Of a DNA stretch of 64,000 nucleotides, positions 13,148-25,021 are shown piece after piece (the stretch's first letter is position 1; each line of letters starts with the position of its first letter). The position numbers and the translations under genes are program-made. The notes beneath the pieces are model-generated. The model ran no database searches, was not told where the DNA came from, and worked only from the letters and a program-made list of their open reading frames with translations. Source of the DNA: Malacoraja senta (lineage: Eukaryota); NCBI GenBank assembly GCA_038087875.1, contig JAXLNO010000467.1, positions 62,001 through 126,000 on the forward strand. Direction: 5' to 3'.

Positions 13148-15210
13148 AACATCGGGAATAATCTTCCTGCATGTAGTCTGTCCAACCCCTTAAGAATTTT
13201 GTTAGTTCCTATAAGATCGCCCCTCAATCTTCTAAATTCTATGGAGTACAAGCCGAGTCTATCCAGTCTTTCTTCATATGAAAGTCCTGCTATCCCAGGA
13301 ATCAGTCTGGTGAACCTTCTCTGTACTCCCTCTATGGCAACAATGTCTTTCCTCAGATTAGGAGACCAAAACTGTACGCAATACTCCAGGTGTGGTCTCG
13401 CCAAGACCCTGTACAACTGCAGTAGAACCTCCCAGCTCCTATACTCAAATCCTTTTGCTATGAATGCTAACATACCATTCGCTTTCTTCACTGCCTGCTG
13501 CACCTGCATGCCTACTTTCAATGACTGGTGTACCATGACACCCAGGTCTCGTTGCATCTCCCCTTTTCCTAATCGGCCACCATTCAGATAATAGTCTACT
13601 TCCCTGTTTTTGCCACCAAAGTGGATAACCACACATTTATCCACATTATACTGCATCTGCCATGCATTTGCCCACTCACCCAGCCAATCCAAGTCACCTT
13701 GCAGCCTCCTAGCATCCTCCTCACAGCGAACATTGCCCCCCAGCTTCGTGGCATCTGCAAACTTGGAGATGTTGCATTCAATTCCCTCGTCCAAATCATT
13801 GATATATATTGTAAATAGCTGGGGTCCCAGCACTGAGCCTTGCGGTATCCCACTAGTCACTGCCTGCCATTCTGAAAAGGACCCATTTACTCCTACTCTT
13901 TGCTTCCTGTTTGACAGCCAGTTTTCTATCCACATCAATACTGAACCCCCAATACCGTGTGCTTTAAGTTTGTATACTAATCTCTTATATGGGACCTTGT
14001 CGAAAGCCTTCTGAAAGTCCAGGTATAACATATCCACTGGTTCTCCCTTATCCACTCTACTAGTTACATCCTCGAAAAATTCTATAAGATTCATCAGACA
14101 TGATTTACCTTTCGTAAATCCATGCTGACTTTGTCCAATGATTTCACCACTTTCCAAATGTGCTGCTATGCCATCTTTAATAACTGACTCTAGCAGTTTC
14201 CCCACTACCGATGTTAGACTAACTGGTCTGTAATACCCCGTTTTCTCTCTCCCTCCCTTTTTAAAAAGTGCGGTTACATTAGCTACCCTCCAATCCTCAG
14301 GAACTACTCCAGAATCTAAAGAGTTTTGAAAAATCATCACTAATGCATCCACTATTTCTGGGGCTACTTCCTTAAGTACTGTGGGATGCAGCCTATCTGG
14401 CCCTGGGGATTTATCGCCATTTAATCCATTCAATTTACCTAACACCACTTCCCGGCTAACCTGGATTTCACTCAGTTCCTCTGACCCCCGGTCCCCTGCT
14501 ATTTCTGGCAGATTATTATGTCTTCCCTAGTGAAGACAGAACCAAAGTAGTTATTCAATTGGTCTGCCATGTCCTTGTTCCCAATGATCAATTCACCTGT
14601 TTCTGACTAAAAGGGACCTACATTTGTTTTAACTAATCTTTTTCTCTTCACATATCTATAAAAACTTTTGCAGTCAGTTTTTATGTTCCCTGCCAGTTTT
14701 CTTTCATAATCTATTTTCCCTTTCCTAATAAAGCCCTTTGTCCTCCTCTGCTTGACTGAATTTCAAATACAGAAAGCTAGTAGACAGTGTGCGAGGCAGG
14801 AGGCAGAGACTTTAAACTAGAACGGTTGGGGGGAGGGACTCAAATAGAGAAAGCTAGTAGACAGGGTGTGAGGCAGGAGGCAGAGAAGGGAAGCACTCCC
14901 AGTCCTCTGGTAGGCTGTGCTTTTTCTGGCTAATTTGTATGCTTCATCTTTTGTTTTGATTACTATCCCTGATTTTCTTCTTTCCCCCTACATGTTGGGT
15001 CTGACTACTTCCCTTCTCTGCCTCCTGCCTCACACCCTGTCTACTAGCTTTCTCTATTGATTCCTTCCCCCAACCGTTCTAGTTTAAAGTCTCTGCAGTA
15101 GCCTTTGCAAATCTCCCCGCCAGGATTTGGTCCCCCTCGGGTTCAAGTGCAACCCGTCCTTTCTGTACAGGTCACACCTTCCCCAAAAGAGGTTCCATTG
15201 ATCCAGAAAC
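13148..15210 (-). mobile_element. CR1 LINE with an open RT domain (ORF 13120..14448), internally rearranged; ORF1 esterase remnant at ~15084-15210
   Basis: 442-aa ORF with KSPGPD, QHGFTKGKSC, LYLDFQKAFDKV, PQGSVLGP and FADATKL. ORF1-like FLDQWNLFWGRCDLYRKDGLHLNPRG matches an SGNH/GDSL DGLHL motif. Confidence 0.92.
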
Positions 15211-15574
15211 TGGAAGAAGATGGACAGAAGATGTTTTGGGTTGGGGCCCGAATGGAGTAGAGGGGAGAATGCGGGTCGGGAGAGGTGAGGGTGAAGGGTA
15301 GGGGAGGGGCTGGTGACAGGTGGATCTAGGTGGGTAAGGTAGTTTGGCAGATGAGGGAGAGAGGGTAGAGATTGGAACTGATACAGGAGGCGACAAGTGG
15401 AGAAGACAAAAAGGTGTTGTTGGTGGAATCTGATGAGCTGGGGCGCAAAATATAAAACCACGTGGAGGGATAGTTGTTTGAAGGGAATGGGGCAGGTTTG
15501 GAATGTGGGGCCTGGGGGTGGAGAAGGGTGGGAGATGCTCTGGTTCCAGCAGCTGCAGTCTCTTGTGTGTAAAG

Positions 15575-16092
15575 TCATAGATTCATACAGCATTGAAAAA
15601 GGCCCTTCAGCCCAACTTGCCCACACCCACCAACATGTCTCAATTACACTAGTCCCACCTGCCTGCATTTGGCCCAAATCCCCCCAAACCTATCCTATCC
15701 ATGTGTGTTTCTTAGATGTTGAGATAGAACCACCCTTTGTGTAACCCCTCAGTTTCCTATTAAATCCCCCCTAATCGATGTCCTCTGGTTCTCGAATTCC
15801 CCAACTCTGGGCAAGAGACAGCGCCTTTACCTGATCTACACCTCTATAAGATCACCCCTCATACTCCTGCCCTGCAAGGAATCGAGTCCTAGCCTGCTCA
15901 TAACTGAGGCCTGTAGCTGAGGCCCCTGAGTGCTGTCAACATCCTGGTAAAACTTCTCTGCACACTTTTCCGCTTGACAACATCTTTCCAACAATTTGGT
16001 GTCCAAAACTGAACACAATACTCTTAATGTGCCCTCACCGACATCTTGTATAACTGCAACATGACCTCCCAACATCTATACTCAATACTCTG
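15575..16092 (-). mobile_element. Old CR1 3' fragment
   Basis: LGLDSLQGRSMRGDLIEV-type RT C-terminus followed by 3' UTR. Confidence 0.7.
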
Positions 16093-16517
16093 TGTGTGAC
16101 TCCTCTTAATGGCTCTTTTGAACATTGTTGTGTCTATCCATGAGTAAGATCGAAAGACACACGTTTGGCCAATATTTATTCCTTTGCCATCACTATTATC
16201 ACACGTGGTGGGACCTCACCCTAAATAATTTGGCTGCTTGACTTCCTAGGGTAACTGGGAAATGACTGCAGTCTACAATATCAATAACATTGTTGGCTGC
16301 GGGGTGCATTTCAAAGCCTTTCTTGTTTCACTTTCAATGGGCACAGTAAGCAGCCCAAGGCTGCCTGAAGTTCATAGAGAGAGAGAGAGAGGTCATAGAG
16401 AGAGATGGCCCACTGCTGGTTCCAGAGCTCAGATTGCAGAAGGGTTTGGGGAAATGTGGGTATCTGTGCCTTTACAAAGCTTCCTTCACGTGCACAGTTT
16501 CCAATCCAATGTTCCAG

Positions 16518-16633
16518 ATGCAAACAGAAACACATCGCGCCAACGGACTTTCCCACCGACCTCCACACTGACTCCATCATCACATCTTTACGTTACGTTA
16601 AAATCTGGGATGAGCTGAAAGCACTTGTGCCAG
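16518..16633 (+). pseudogene. Predicted TRIM linker exon (116 bp) preceding the B30.2 exon at 18531
   Basis: Bounded by TTCCAG| and CCAG|GTATGT. Encodes CKQKHIAPTDFPTDLHTDSIITSLRYVKIWDELKALVP, resembling the LQYxxW(K/R)xMxxxIxP segment that precedes PRY in fish TRIMs. Its phase-1 end matches the 18531 acceptor. Confidence 0.6.
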
Positions 16634-17179
16634 GTATGTGATCCTGCTTTTTCGAGAGTTGGGGTGGAGGGAAAGGGGGTGGTGAGAGGTGAGTGGGTGG
16701 GGGGGGGGGGGGCGGTGCAGGGAGACTGAGGGTTCGTGATGTGCTTCTCGTACATCCTTTACATGGGGGGCTATATTGCGCTAAGACTCAGTTCTACTAC
16801 ACGAAGGTTGCAAATCCCACTCCAGAAACTTGACCACTGTAACAACTTTGTACTGATGATGAAGGGAGTTTGAGTTTAGTTTATTGTCAAGTGTACAGAG
16901 GCACAATGAAAATCTGTTTTAGCGTGCCAACCAGTCAATGGAAAGACAATACGTGATTTACAATCAAGCCATCCACAGTGTACAGACACTTTATAAAGAG
17001 AATAACGTGAATAATGTTTAGTGCAAGTTAAATCCGGTAAAGTCCAATGTGGATGTGGAACCAATCAAGCTTTGTCATGGCCTACAAAATATAAAACAGT
17101 AAATGATGGAAATAATCAGCAGGCCAAGCAGCATTTAGGCAGAGAAACAGGGAGTGTGGATATTTCAGGTCATAGATCA

Positions 17180-18480
17180 TTGATCACAGAACTTAAACAG
17201 TACAGCACAGGAACAGCCCCTTTGGCCCAACTTGTCCACACTGACCATCATGCCCCATCCACTCTAGTCCCACCTGCCCTCGCTTGGCCCAGTGTAAGCC
17301 TATCCTAGCCATGTACCGGTCCAAATGACTTTTAAAACATTCTGGTAGTACCTGCCTCAATTACCTTCTCCGGCAGCTTGTTCCATGTACCCACCACCTT
17401 TGTGTAAAAGAAAAGAGGGAGCTATCCCTCAGTTTCCTATTATCTTTCCCCCTCCCCCACCCTTAAACCTATGTCGTCTGGTTCTTGATTCCCTACTCGT
17501 GGCAAAGATTGCATCTACCCGGTATATTCTCCTCATGATCTTGTGCACCTCCATAAGATTCACCCCTCATGCCTCCTGCGATCCAAGGAATAAAGTCCTA
17601 GCCTGTTTCACATCTCCCTATAGCTAAGGCCCTCGAATCTTGGCAACATCCTTGTAATCATCTGTGCACCCTCTCCAGCTTGACAACATCTTTCCTGTAA
17701 CATGGTGACTAAAACTGAACAGGGAAATCTAAATGTGTCCTCACTAATGTCTTATACAACTGTAACATGTCCCCCATCGTCTATACTCAATACTCTGACC
17801 GATGAAGGCCAACGTTCCAAAAGCCGTTTGTCCACCCTATCTTCCTGTGATGCCACTTTCAAAGAATTATGTACCTGTACTCCTAAATCCCTCTGTTCTA
17901 CAGCACACCCCAGAGCCATGCCTACTGTGAGGTCCTGCCCATGTTAGACTTCCCAAAATGCAATATCTAATTTCTCTACATTAAATTCCAGCAACCATTC
18001 CTCAGCCCACGTGGCCAACTGATCAAGATCCTGCTGCAATTTGTGACAACCAGCTTAACTATCTACAATACCGTCCTCTTTTGTGTCATCTGCACACTTG
18101 CTAATGATGTGTAGGAAGGTACTGCAGATGATGGTTTAAACCGAAGACAGACACAAAAGCTGAGTAACTCAGTGGGACTGGCAGCATCGCTGGAGAGAAG
18201 GAATGGGTGATGTTTCGGGTCGCGACCCTTCATCATCCTTCTTGATCATCGAGCACCAGAGATGCTGCCTGTCCCCCTGAGTTACTCCAGCTTTTTGTGT
18301 CTATCTTCACTTGCTAATCATGCCTTGCACATTCTTATCAAAATTATTGATGGAGAATGACAATACAGCAATGGGGCCCAGCACCGAACCCTGAGGCACA
18401 CCACTAGTCACGGCCTCCGGCCCAAAGAGCAATCCTCCACCATCGCCCTCTGCTTCCGTCCATGAAGCCAACTGTGTGAG
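17180..18480 (-). mobile_element. Degenerate CR1 fragments plus a palindromic Penelope-type insert (18110-18308)
   Basis: VTSGVPQGSVLGP motif at ~18380-18410 and CR1 3' UTR sequence near 17200. Confidence 0.7.
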
Positions 18481-18530
18481 CTCCACAGTGGGGAACAATC
18501 TCCACTGACCGACTGTTTCATGCCTTTCAG

Positions 18531-19044
18531 CCCGGGAGCCCCTGAAGCTGGACGCCAGGACAGCTCCACCCGCGGCTGCTCCTGTCCGAGGACCAGCGCA
18601 ATGTGGTGGACGGTGAGAAGTGGCGGGAGTGCTCGCTCTCGCCCCAGCGCTTCAACCCCTTGCTGTGCGTGCTGGCCGGCAGCGGCTTCAAGTCGGGGCG
18701 ACACTACTGGGACGTGGAGCTGGGGGGCAAGCAGGCCTGCTTGCTGGGGTGGCCATCGATTTGGCCGACAGGCTGATCACCGGGACTCTGGTGCCGCAGG
18801 ACGGCTACTGGGTGCTGGAGATGGTCAACGGCAACCTGGTCAACCTGGGAGGGCCGGGGCCCCGGAGCCTCACCCTCCGACACAAGCCCCAAACCGTCCG
18901 CGTCTACCTGGCCTGTCGTCTCTACGATGCCGACAGCTGTGCCACCTCTACACCCTGCACGACAAGTTCACACAGACACTCTTCCCTCTCTTCAACCCCC
19001 ACAACAAGGAAGGCAGTAGCGGCCCACTCAGGCTGGCCTTCTGA
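18531..19044 (+). pseudogene. Second PRY-SPRY (B30.2) terminal exon, frameshifted
   Basis: After TTTCAG| the joined frames read REPLKLDARTA/HPRLLLSEDQRNVVDGEKWRECSLSPQRFNPLLCVLAGSGFKSGRHYWDVELGGKQACLLG/VAIDLADRLITGTLVPQDGYWVLEM...VRVYLAC-RLYDADS/HLYTLHDKFTQTLFPLFNP...LRLAF*. About 3 frameshifts, plus an apparent short deletion at the LDY..G.VSFY motif. Confidence 0.9.
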
Positions 19045-20493
19045 CACTGACCCTGGGAGGGTGTCCGCAGGGCTGTTCCCAAGGAGCAACTCCAACCTGG
19101 GATGGATAAATCCCAAGGCTTTTCCGGTTAACTCTTGCCCCTTGGTTTGAAGCATTAAAGGTAATGAGGGCGACAGAGTGGCGCAGGTGGCAGATCCACT
19201 ACCTCACGGTGTGGAATAAGCATGTTGGGCGCTGTGTGGTGCTTGTAGGTACATGCCCCTCCAACTTCACCTGTACATATTATTGTACGGTGATAACTGC
19301 TTTAAAAAACAATCACCAGGGGGGTTAACAAGCGTGTGATCCAAGGTCCAGTTTGATGTTGCTGTGAACACAAATATTTGCACTTTGTTGTTTTGAGGGG
19401 GATGAGTTGTTAAGGCGGGTTGTTAAGATGAGTTGTTAAATGGTTTTTATGAAGTTAAATAAAGTTTGCATACCAAATGACGTGATGTGTCCTACTGTAT
19501 CCATCCACATCCCCCTGATGGCTACAATTCTGAAACCTCCAGTCTGACACGGCTCAGCCATTCGTAGAAGCTGGAACAATACAACACAGCAACATGTCTT
19601 GAAAGTCTGAAGAAGGGTCTCGACCCGAACCGTCACCCATTCCTCCTATCCAGAGACGCTGCCTGTCCCGCTGAGTTACTCCAACATTTTGTGTCTATCT
19701 TCAGTGTAAACCAACAACAGGCCCTTCGGTTCACCTTGTCTGTGCCGATGAGAATCTAAACTGTACATCTTCCTTCACCTCGTCTATATCTCCTCAAATC
19801 TCTAACTGTTTATGTGCCTTTTGAAATGTGTCCTAAGTGTTGCTGTTGTATTTGTTCCCTCGCTTCCCCTGACAGTGAGCTCCAGCTCTCTTGTGTAAAC
19901 AACTGCTCTCTTTTGTGAACAAATATATTCTGAGAACTCTGTTCAGCTACACAAGACTCAGGAACAGCTCCTTCCCATCTGGTATAAGGCTTCTTAATGG
20001 TCTTTCCAGAAGCTAGAGTACAGTCTGATTCTGCCTCTACCCCATTGCAGACATTGGACTTTGTCTTTGAAACTGTTGCGCTACAATGTTGAAAACTGTA
20101 GTTTGCACTCTGTATATTTTCCTTCACTCCACCTATTGTAGCTGAGTTTGTATGGGTTGTCTTTATGTGTAGTATTATCCTACTTTGTATGAATAGAATG
20201 AAAACAAAGCTTTTCATTGTACTTCAGTACATGTGAAAGTAATAAACCTAAACCAAAATCTACAACTTGCCACATAAATCTCCTTTAAACTTCTCTCCTC
20301 TCACCTTAAAGCTACGGTGTTTACCCCAATAACATCCAATAGAACAGCACAGGAGGAGGATCTTTCACCCACAATGTCTGTGCTGAACGTTGTACCAAAA
20401 TAACCTCATCACCACTACCTACACATGATCCGTATCCCTCCATTCCATGCATATCCATGTGCCAATCTAAAACTCTCTTAAGTACTACTATAT

Positions 20494-20870
20494 TCAGTGG
20501 AATTTAGAAGGATGAGAAACATATAAAATGATTAAGGGATTGGACAGGCTAGATGCAGAAAAAATGTTCCCGATGTTGGGGGAGTCCAGAACCAGCAGTC
20601 ACAGTTTAAGAATAAGTGGTAGGCCATTTAGGACTGAGATGAGGAATTTTTTTTTCACCCAGAGAGTCGTGAATCTGTGGAATTCTCTCCCACAGAGGTC
20701 AGTGGAGGCCAAATCACAGGATGTATTCAAGAGAGAGTTAGATATAGCTCTTAGGAATTAAGGGATATATGGAAAATGCAGGAATGTGGTACTGATTCTG
20801 GATGACCAGCCATGAACATATTGAATGGCGGTGCTGGCTCGAAGTGCCGTATGTCCTATTTTCTATTGTT
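20494..20870 (+). mobile_element. CR1 3' fragment
   Basis: IKGLDRLDAEKMFPMLGESRT..FFTQRVVNLWNSLP followed by 3' UTR. Confidence 0.88.
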
Positions 20871-20911
20871 TACTATTGCTGCTGCCTCCACCACCATCTC
20901 TGTATGTTTGA

Positions 20912-21130
20912 GGATAGACAGAAAAAGCTGGAGTAACACAGCGGGTCAGACAACATCCCTGGAGAAAAAGGAATAGGCGATGTTTCGGATCGAGACCGTT
21001 CAGACTGGCCTGAAGAAGTGTCTCGACCTGAAACGTTGCCTATTCCTTTTCTCCAGAGATGCTGTCTGACCCGCTCAGTTACTCCAGCTTGTTGTGTCTA
21101 TCTTTGGTTTAAAGCAGCATCTGCAGTTCT
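20912..21130. mobile_element. Palindromic non-autonomous element built from two inverted Penelope-type termini
   Basis: GATAGACAGAAAAAGCTGGAGTAAC...GAGACCGTTCAGAC is mirrored by CTGAAGAAGTGTCTCGACCTGAAACGTTG...GTTACTCCAGCTTGTTGTGTCTATC. Related copies at ~18110, 19605, 28480, 37290, 47270, 48110, 51450 and 52085. Confidence 0.65.
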
Positions 21131-22077
21131 GGAGTAACTCAGTGGGTCGGCAAGCATCTCTGGAGAAAAAGGATAGGTGACGCTACAGGTCTGAACATAG
21201 AAACATAGAAAATAGGTGGATGATTAGGCCACTCGGCTCTTCGTGCCAGCACCGCCATTCAATATGATCACGGTTGATCATCCAGAATCAGTACCCTGTT
21301 CCAAATTTCTCCCCATATCCCTTGATTCTGTTAGCTCTAAGAGCTATCTAACTCTCTCTTGAATACATCCAGCGAATTGGCCTCCACTGCCTTCAGAGCC
21401 AGAGAATTCCATAGATTCACAACTCTGTACTTAAACTGTGATCCCTGGTTCTGGACTCCCCCAATATCGGGAATTTTTTTCCTACATCTAGCCTGTCCAA
21501 TCCCTTAATCATTTTAAATGTTTCTTTCAGATCCCCTCTCATCCTTCTAAATTCCCGTGAATATAAGCCCAGTCGATCCATTCTTTCAGCATATGTTAAC
21601 CCTGCCATCCTGGGAATCAACCTGGTGAACCTAATCCACACTCCCTCAATAGCAAGAATGTCCTTCCTCAAATTAGCAGACCAGTTGAGCTCTCACCAGG
21701 GCCCAGTACAACTGCGTTGCTCCTATGCTCAACTACTCTTGTTATGACGGTCAACATGCCATTCGCTTTCTTCACTGCCTGCATGCTTACTTTCAGTAAT
21801 TAATGTATTAGGACACGCAGGTCTCGTTGCAACTCCCCTTTTCCTAATCTGACACTATTCAGATAATAATCTGCCTTCTTGTTCTTGCCACCAAAGTGGA
21901 TAACCTCACATGTTTCCACATTATACTGCATCTGCCCACTCACCCAACCTATCCAGGTCACCCTGCAGCCTCATGACATCCTCCTTGCAGCTCACACCGC
22001 CATCCAGCGTTGTGTCATCCACAAACTTGGAGATGTTACATTTAATTCCTTCGACAAATTGTTAATATATATTGTAC

Positions 22078-22850
22078 ATTCAATTCAATTCAATTCATTT
22101 CCTTTATTGTCATCTTGCAAGCAACAGTTGTGCAGTGCAAAACGAAAAGACGTTTCCCAGGGAATACCGGAGCATCGCACATGACGTTTAAAACATTTCA
22201 CACATAATAAAAATAATAACAACACTAAAACAATCCAGTCCCTGATGGAACAGTATAAGTTCAAATAGATACAAACAACGTTAAAATACAGTACGACCAA
22301 TCATAAACATGTCCGGGGTGGCTGATTTGAGTGGCCAGTGCCAGTTATTGAAGTGGCCAGTGCCAGTTATTATAGTGTCCGTGCCAAGCCGCAGAATCAG
22401 GTGACTGTGAGTACAGAGTGGCTGTTTAGCAGCCTCACAGCATATGGCAGGAAGCTGTTTAGCAGTCTTGTAGTCCGGGCTTTGATGCTGCGATATCTCT
22501 TGCCTGATGGCAGGAGATCCAGGTGTATGTGGAGGGGGTGCATTTTGTCCTTGGCAATTTTGGGGGCTTTTTTCCGACAGCGGTTCAGGAACAGTTCTTG
22601 TACCGATGGTAGGGAGACGCCAATGATCTTCTCTGCTCCCCTCACTACCCTCTGCAGAGCCTTCCTGTCCGAGCAGTTGCAGGTTGAGTACCACGTATTT
22701 ATGCAGTACGTGAGTACAGACTCCACCGTACCTCTGTAGAAAGTCCTGAGGATGTTGGTGGGGAATGAGGCCCGTTTTAGTTTCCTCAGGAAGTGCAGTC
22801 GCTGATGGGCCCTTTTGACGGTCCCAGTGGTGTTTCTGGACTAAGTGAGG
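22078..22850 (-). mobile_element. Rex1/Babar-type non-LTR retrotransposon 3' fragment (partly duplicated at 25021..25563)
   Basis: ESVLTYCINTWYSTCNCSDRKALQRVVRGAEKIIG...HPLH..LLPSGKRYRSIKARTTRLLNSF (DUF1891-like C-terminus). (ATTGA)n tail. Confidence 0.85.
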
Positions 22851-23791
22851 CATAACTGGGGTCCCAGCACTGAGCCTTGCGGCAACCCACTAGTCACTGC
22901 CTGCCATTCTGAAAAGGGCCCATTAATTCCTACTCTTTGCTTCCTGTCTGCCAACCAGATCTCTATTCATGTCAATACCCTTCCCCCAATACCATGTGCT
23001 CTAATTTTGCGCACTACTCTCTTGTGAGGGACTTGTCAAAAGCTTTTTGAAAGCCCAAATACACCACTTCCACTGGCTCTCTCTTATCCATTCTACTGTC
23101 ACCTGTCACTGCTTTCCATATGCGCTGCTATTACTTCTTTAATAATCGACTCAAGCATCTTCCCCACTAACGATGGCAGGCTAACTAGTCTATAATTCCC
23201 TGTTTTCTCACTCCCTCCTTTCTTAAAAAGTTGGTTTACATTAGCTACCCTCCAGTCCACAGGAACTGATCCAAAGTCTGTAGAACATTGGACAATGATC
23301 ACCAATGCATCCATGATTTCTAGTGCCACCTCCTTGTGTACTCTGGGATGCAGACCATCAGGCCGTCGTGATTATCTGCTTTCAGTTCCAACAGTTTACC
23401 CAACACAATTTCATGACTAATGTGAATTTCCTTCAGTTCCTCCGTCACGCTAGATCAGGGGTCGGCAACCCAGGCCGATTGCGGCCCGTAACCAGAAATC
23501 ATGCGGCCTGTCGAGCGCCCGACCAGCGACCGAGCGCCCCGAGCAGAGGCCGAGCGCCCCGGGCAGAGGCCGAGCGCCCCGAGCAGCAGCGCCCCGAGCA
23601 GTGACCGAGCGCCCCGAGCAGCAGCGCCCCGAGCAGTGGCCGAGCGCCCCGAGCAGTGGCCGAGTGCCCCGAACAGTGGCTGAGCGCCCCGAGCAGCAGC
23701 GCCCCGAGCAGAGGCCGAGCGCCCCGAGCAGCAGCGCCCCGAGCAGCGACCGAGCGCCCCGAGCAGCAGTGCCCCGAGCAACGGCCAAGCA
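22308..23791 (+). repeat. Direct repeat copy 1 (~1484 bp), duplicated at 25021..26504
   Basis: Both copies begin CATGTCCGGGGTGGCTG and end ACGGCCAAGCA, offset 2713. I noticed only about 3 substitutions between them. Confidence 0.95.
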
Positions 23792-24979
23792 CTTTCATTT
23801 CAACAATTACAAATAAAATATAAACTCGGAAATAATCAATATTTTAAATACTTTCAAATATGCGACTATTTGAAAAAATATATAAAAGATCATCATAATA
23901 ACCCAGCAGATGTACTGGACGAGGCAATGCAGACAAAAGCGGAATCAGCAAACTTAATATCATATTTGTACAATATTATCTTAAATGTACAAATACCATC
24001 TACGGAGGGTATCAGAAGAGACTGGGAACAAGAGTTAGCTATTAAAATTTCAAAGGAAAGTTGGAATGAATACTTATTAAAAGTACATAAATGCTCGATT
24101 AATGTAAGACACACTTTAATACAATTTAAAATTTTACATAGATTATATTATTCGAAAACTAAAATTCATAAAATTTTCCCAAACGTATCATCTATTTGTG
24201 ATAAATGTCAATCCCAAGAAGCAACTATAACGCACTCATTTGTCTTCTGTACAAAAATTCAAAAATTTTGGAATGAAATTTTTGAAATCTTTACAAAGTT
24301 ATTTAAAACAAGACTGATACCCAAAGCAGAATGGATTATCTTCGGAATAACGGAAGATGATCCAGAACTAAATGTGTTTCAAAAGAAATTAATGGATTAT
24401 GGGTTAATAACTGGAAAAAAGCTAATTCTAAAATTTTGGAAGAAGGCTCCAATACCAACTATAAATATGTGGATTTCAAATATGTTTGAAACACTACACC
24501 TTGAAGAGATAAGACTCCTCCTAGCAGGTAAACCAGATCACTTCCACCTGACGTGGTCTGCATTTATAGAATTATTACAAACATAGGGTGCAAAAGTACT
24601 TTAAAAAAATAAAAAAATTGAGGTCGGGTAAGGGGGGATGATAGTTGAAGAGTTGGTATGTCCTATTTACGTGATGCTCAAAAAAAACCATTTGTTTTTC
24701 TTTTTTTCTCTCTCTCTTTTCTTTTCTTAGGGCCTATTTCTTAACTCTTTTTCTTTTTGTTTTTAATTTCGCTCTCATAGCGTCCTCGTCCTTTTTTTTT
24801 GTTGTTACATTTTCTACACTTTTCTACACTTGCACTTTTTCCTTCACTTTCTTCTCTCTTTCAATCTTTTCTTTCTTTAGTGTAAAAAAAAAAATAAAGG
24901 GAGTACATTAATTGTAAGAAGATATAAATGACGAGTATTAATGTATGTGGCTGTGATGTAATGTACTTCTAATAAATAA

Positions 24980-25020
<41 letters not shown>
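23792..25020 (+). mobile_element. 5'-truncated L1-clade LINE: ORF2 C-terminus, 3' UTR, AATAAA, poly(A)
   Basis: Open 238-aa frame 23870..24586 with WEQELAIKIS..W, IQFKILHRLYY and the zinc knuckle CDKC-x8-HSFVFC. T-rich UTR, then AATAAA and a ~36-nt A tail. Confidence 0.92.

Positions 25021-25021
<1 letters not shown>

Noticed and set aside
22397..22726. ALKBH8-like or other host gene (DUF1891)
   Set aside because: It has a microsatellite tail and a truncated 5' end, and it is inserted in a CR1. It is a Rex1/Babar fragment.
23450..23816. Ala/Arg/Gly-rich ORFs (also at 26163-26742 and 45611-46253)
   Set aside because: Translations of GC-rich minisatellites.
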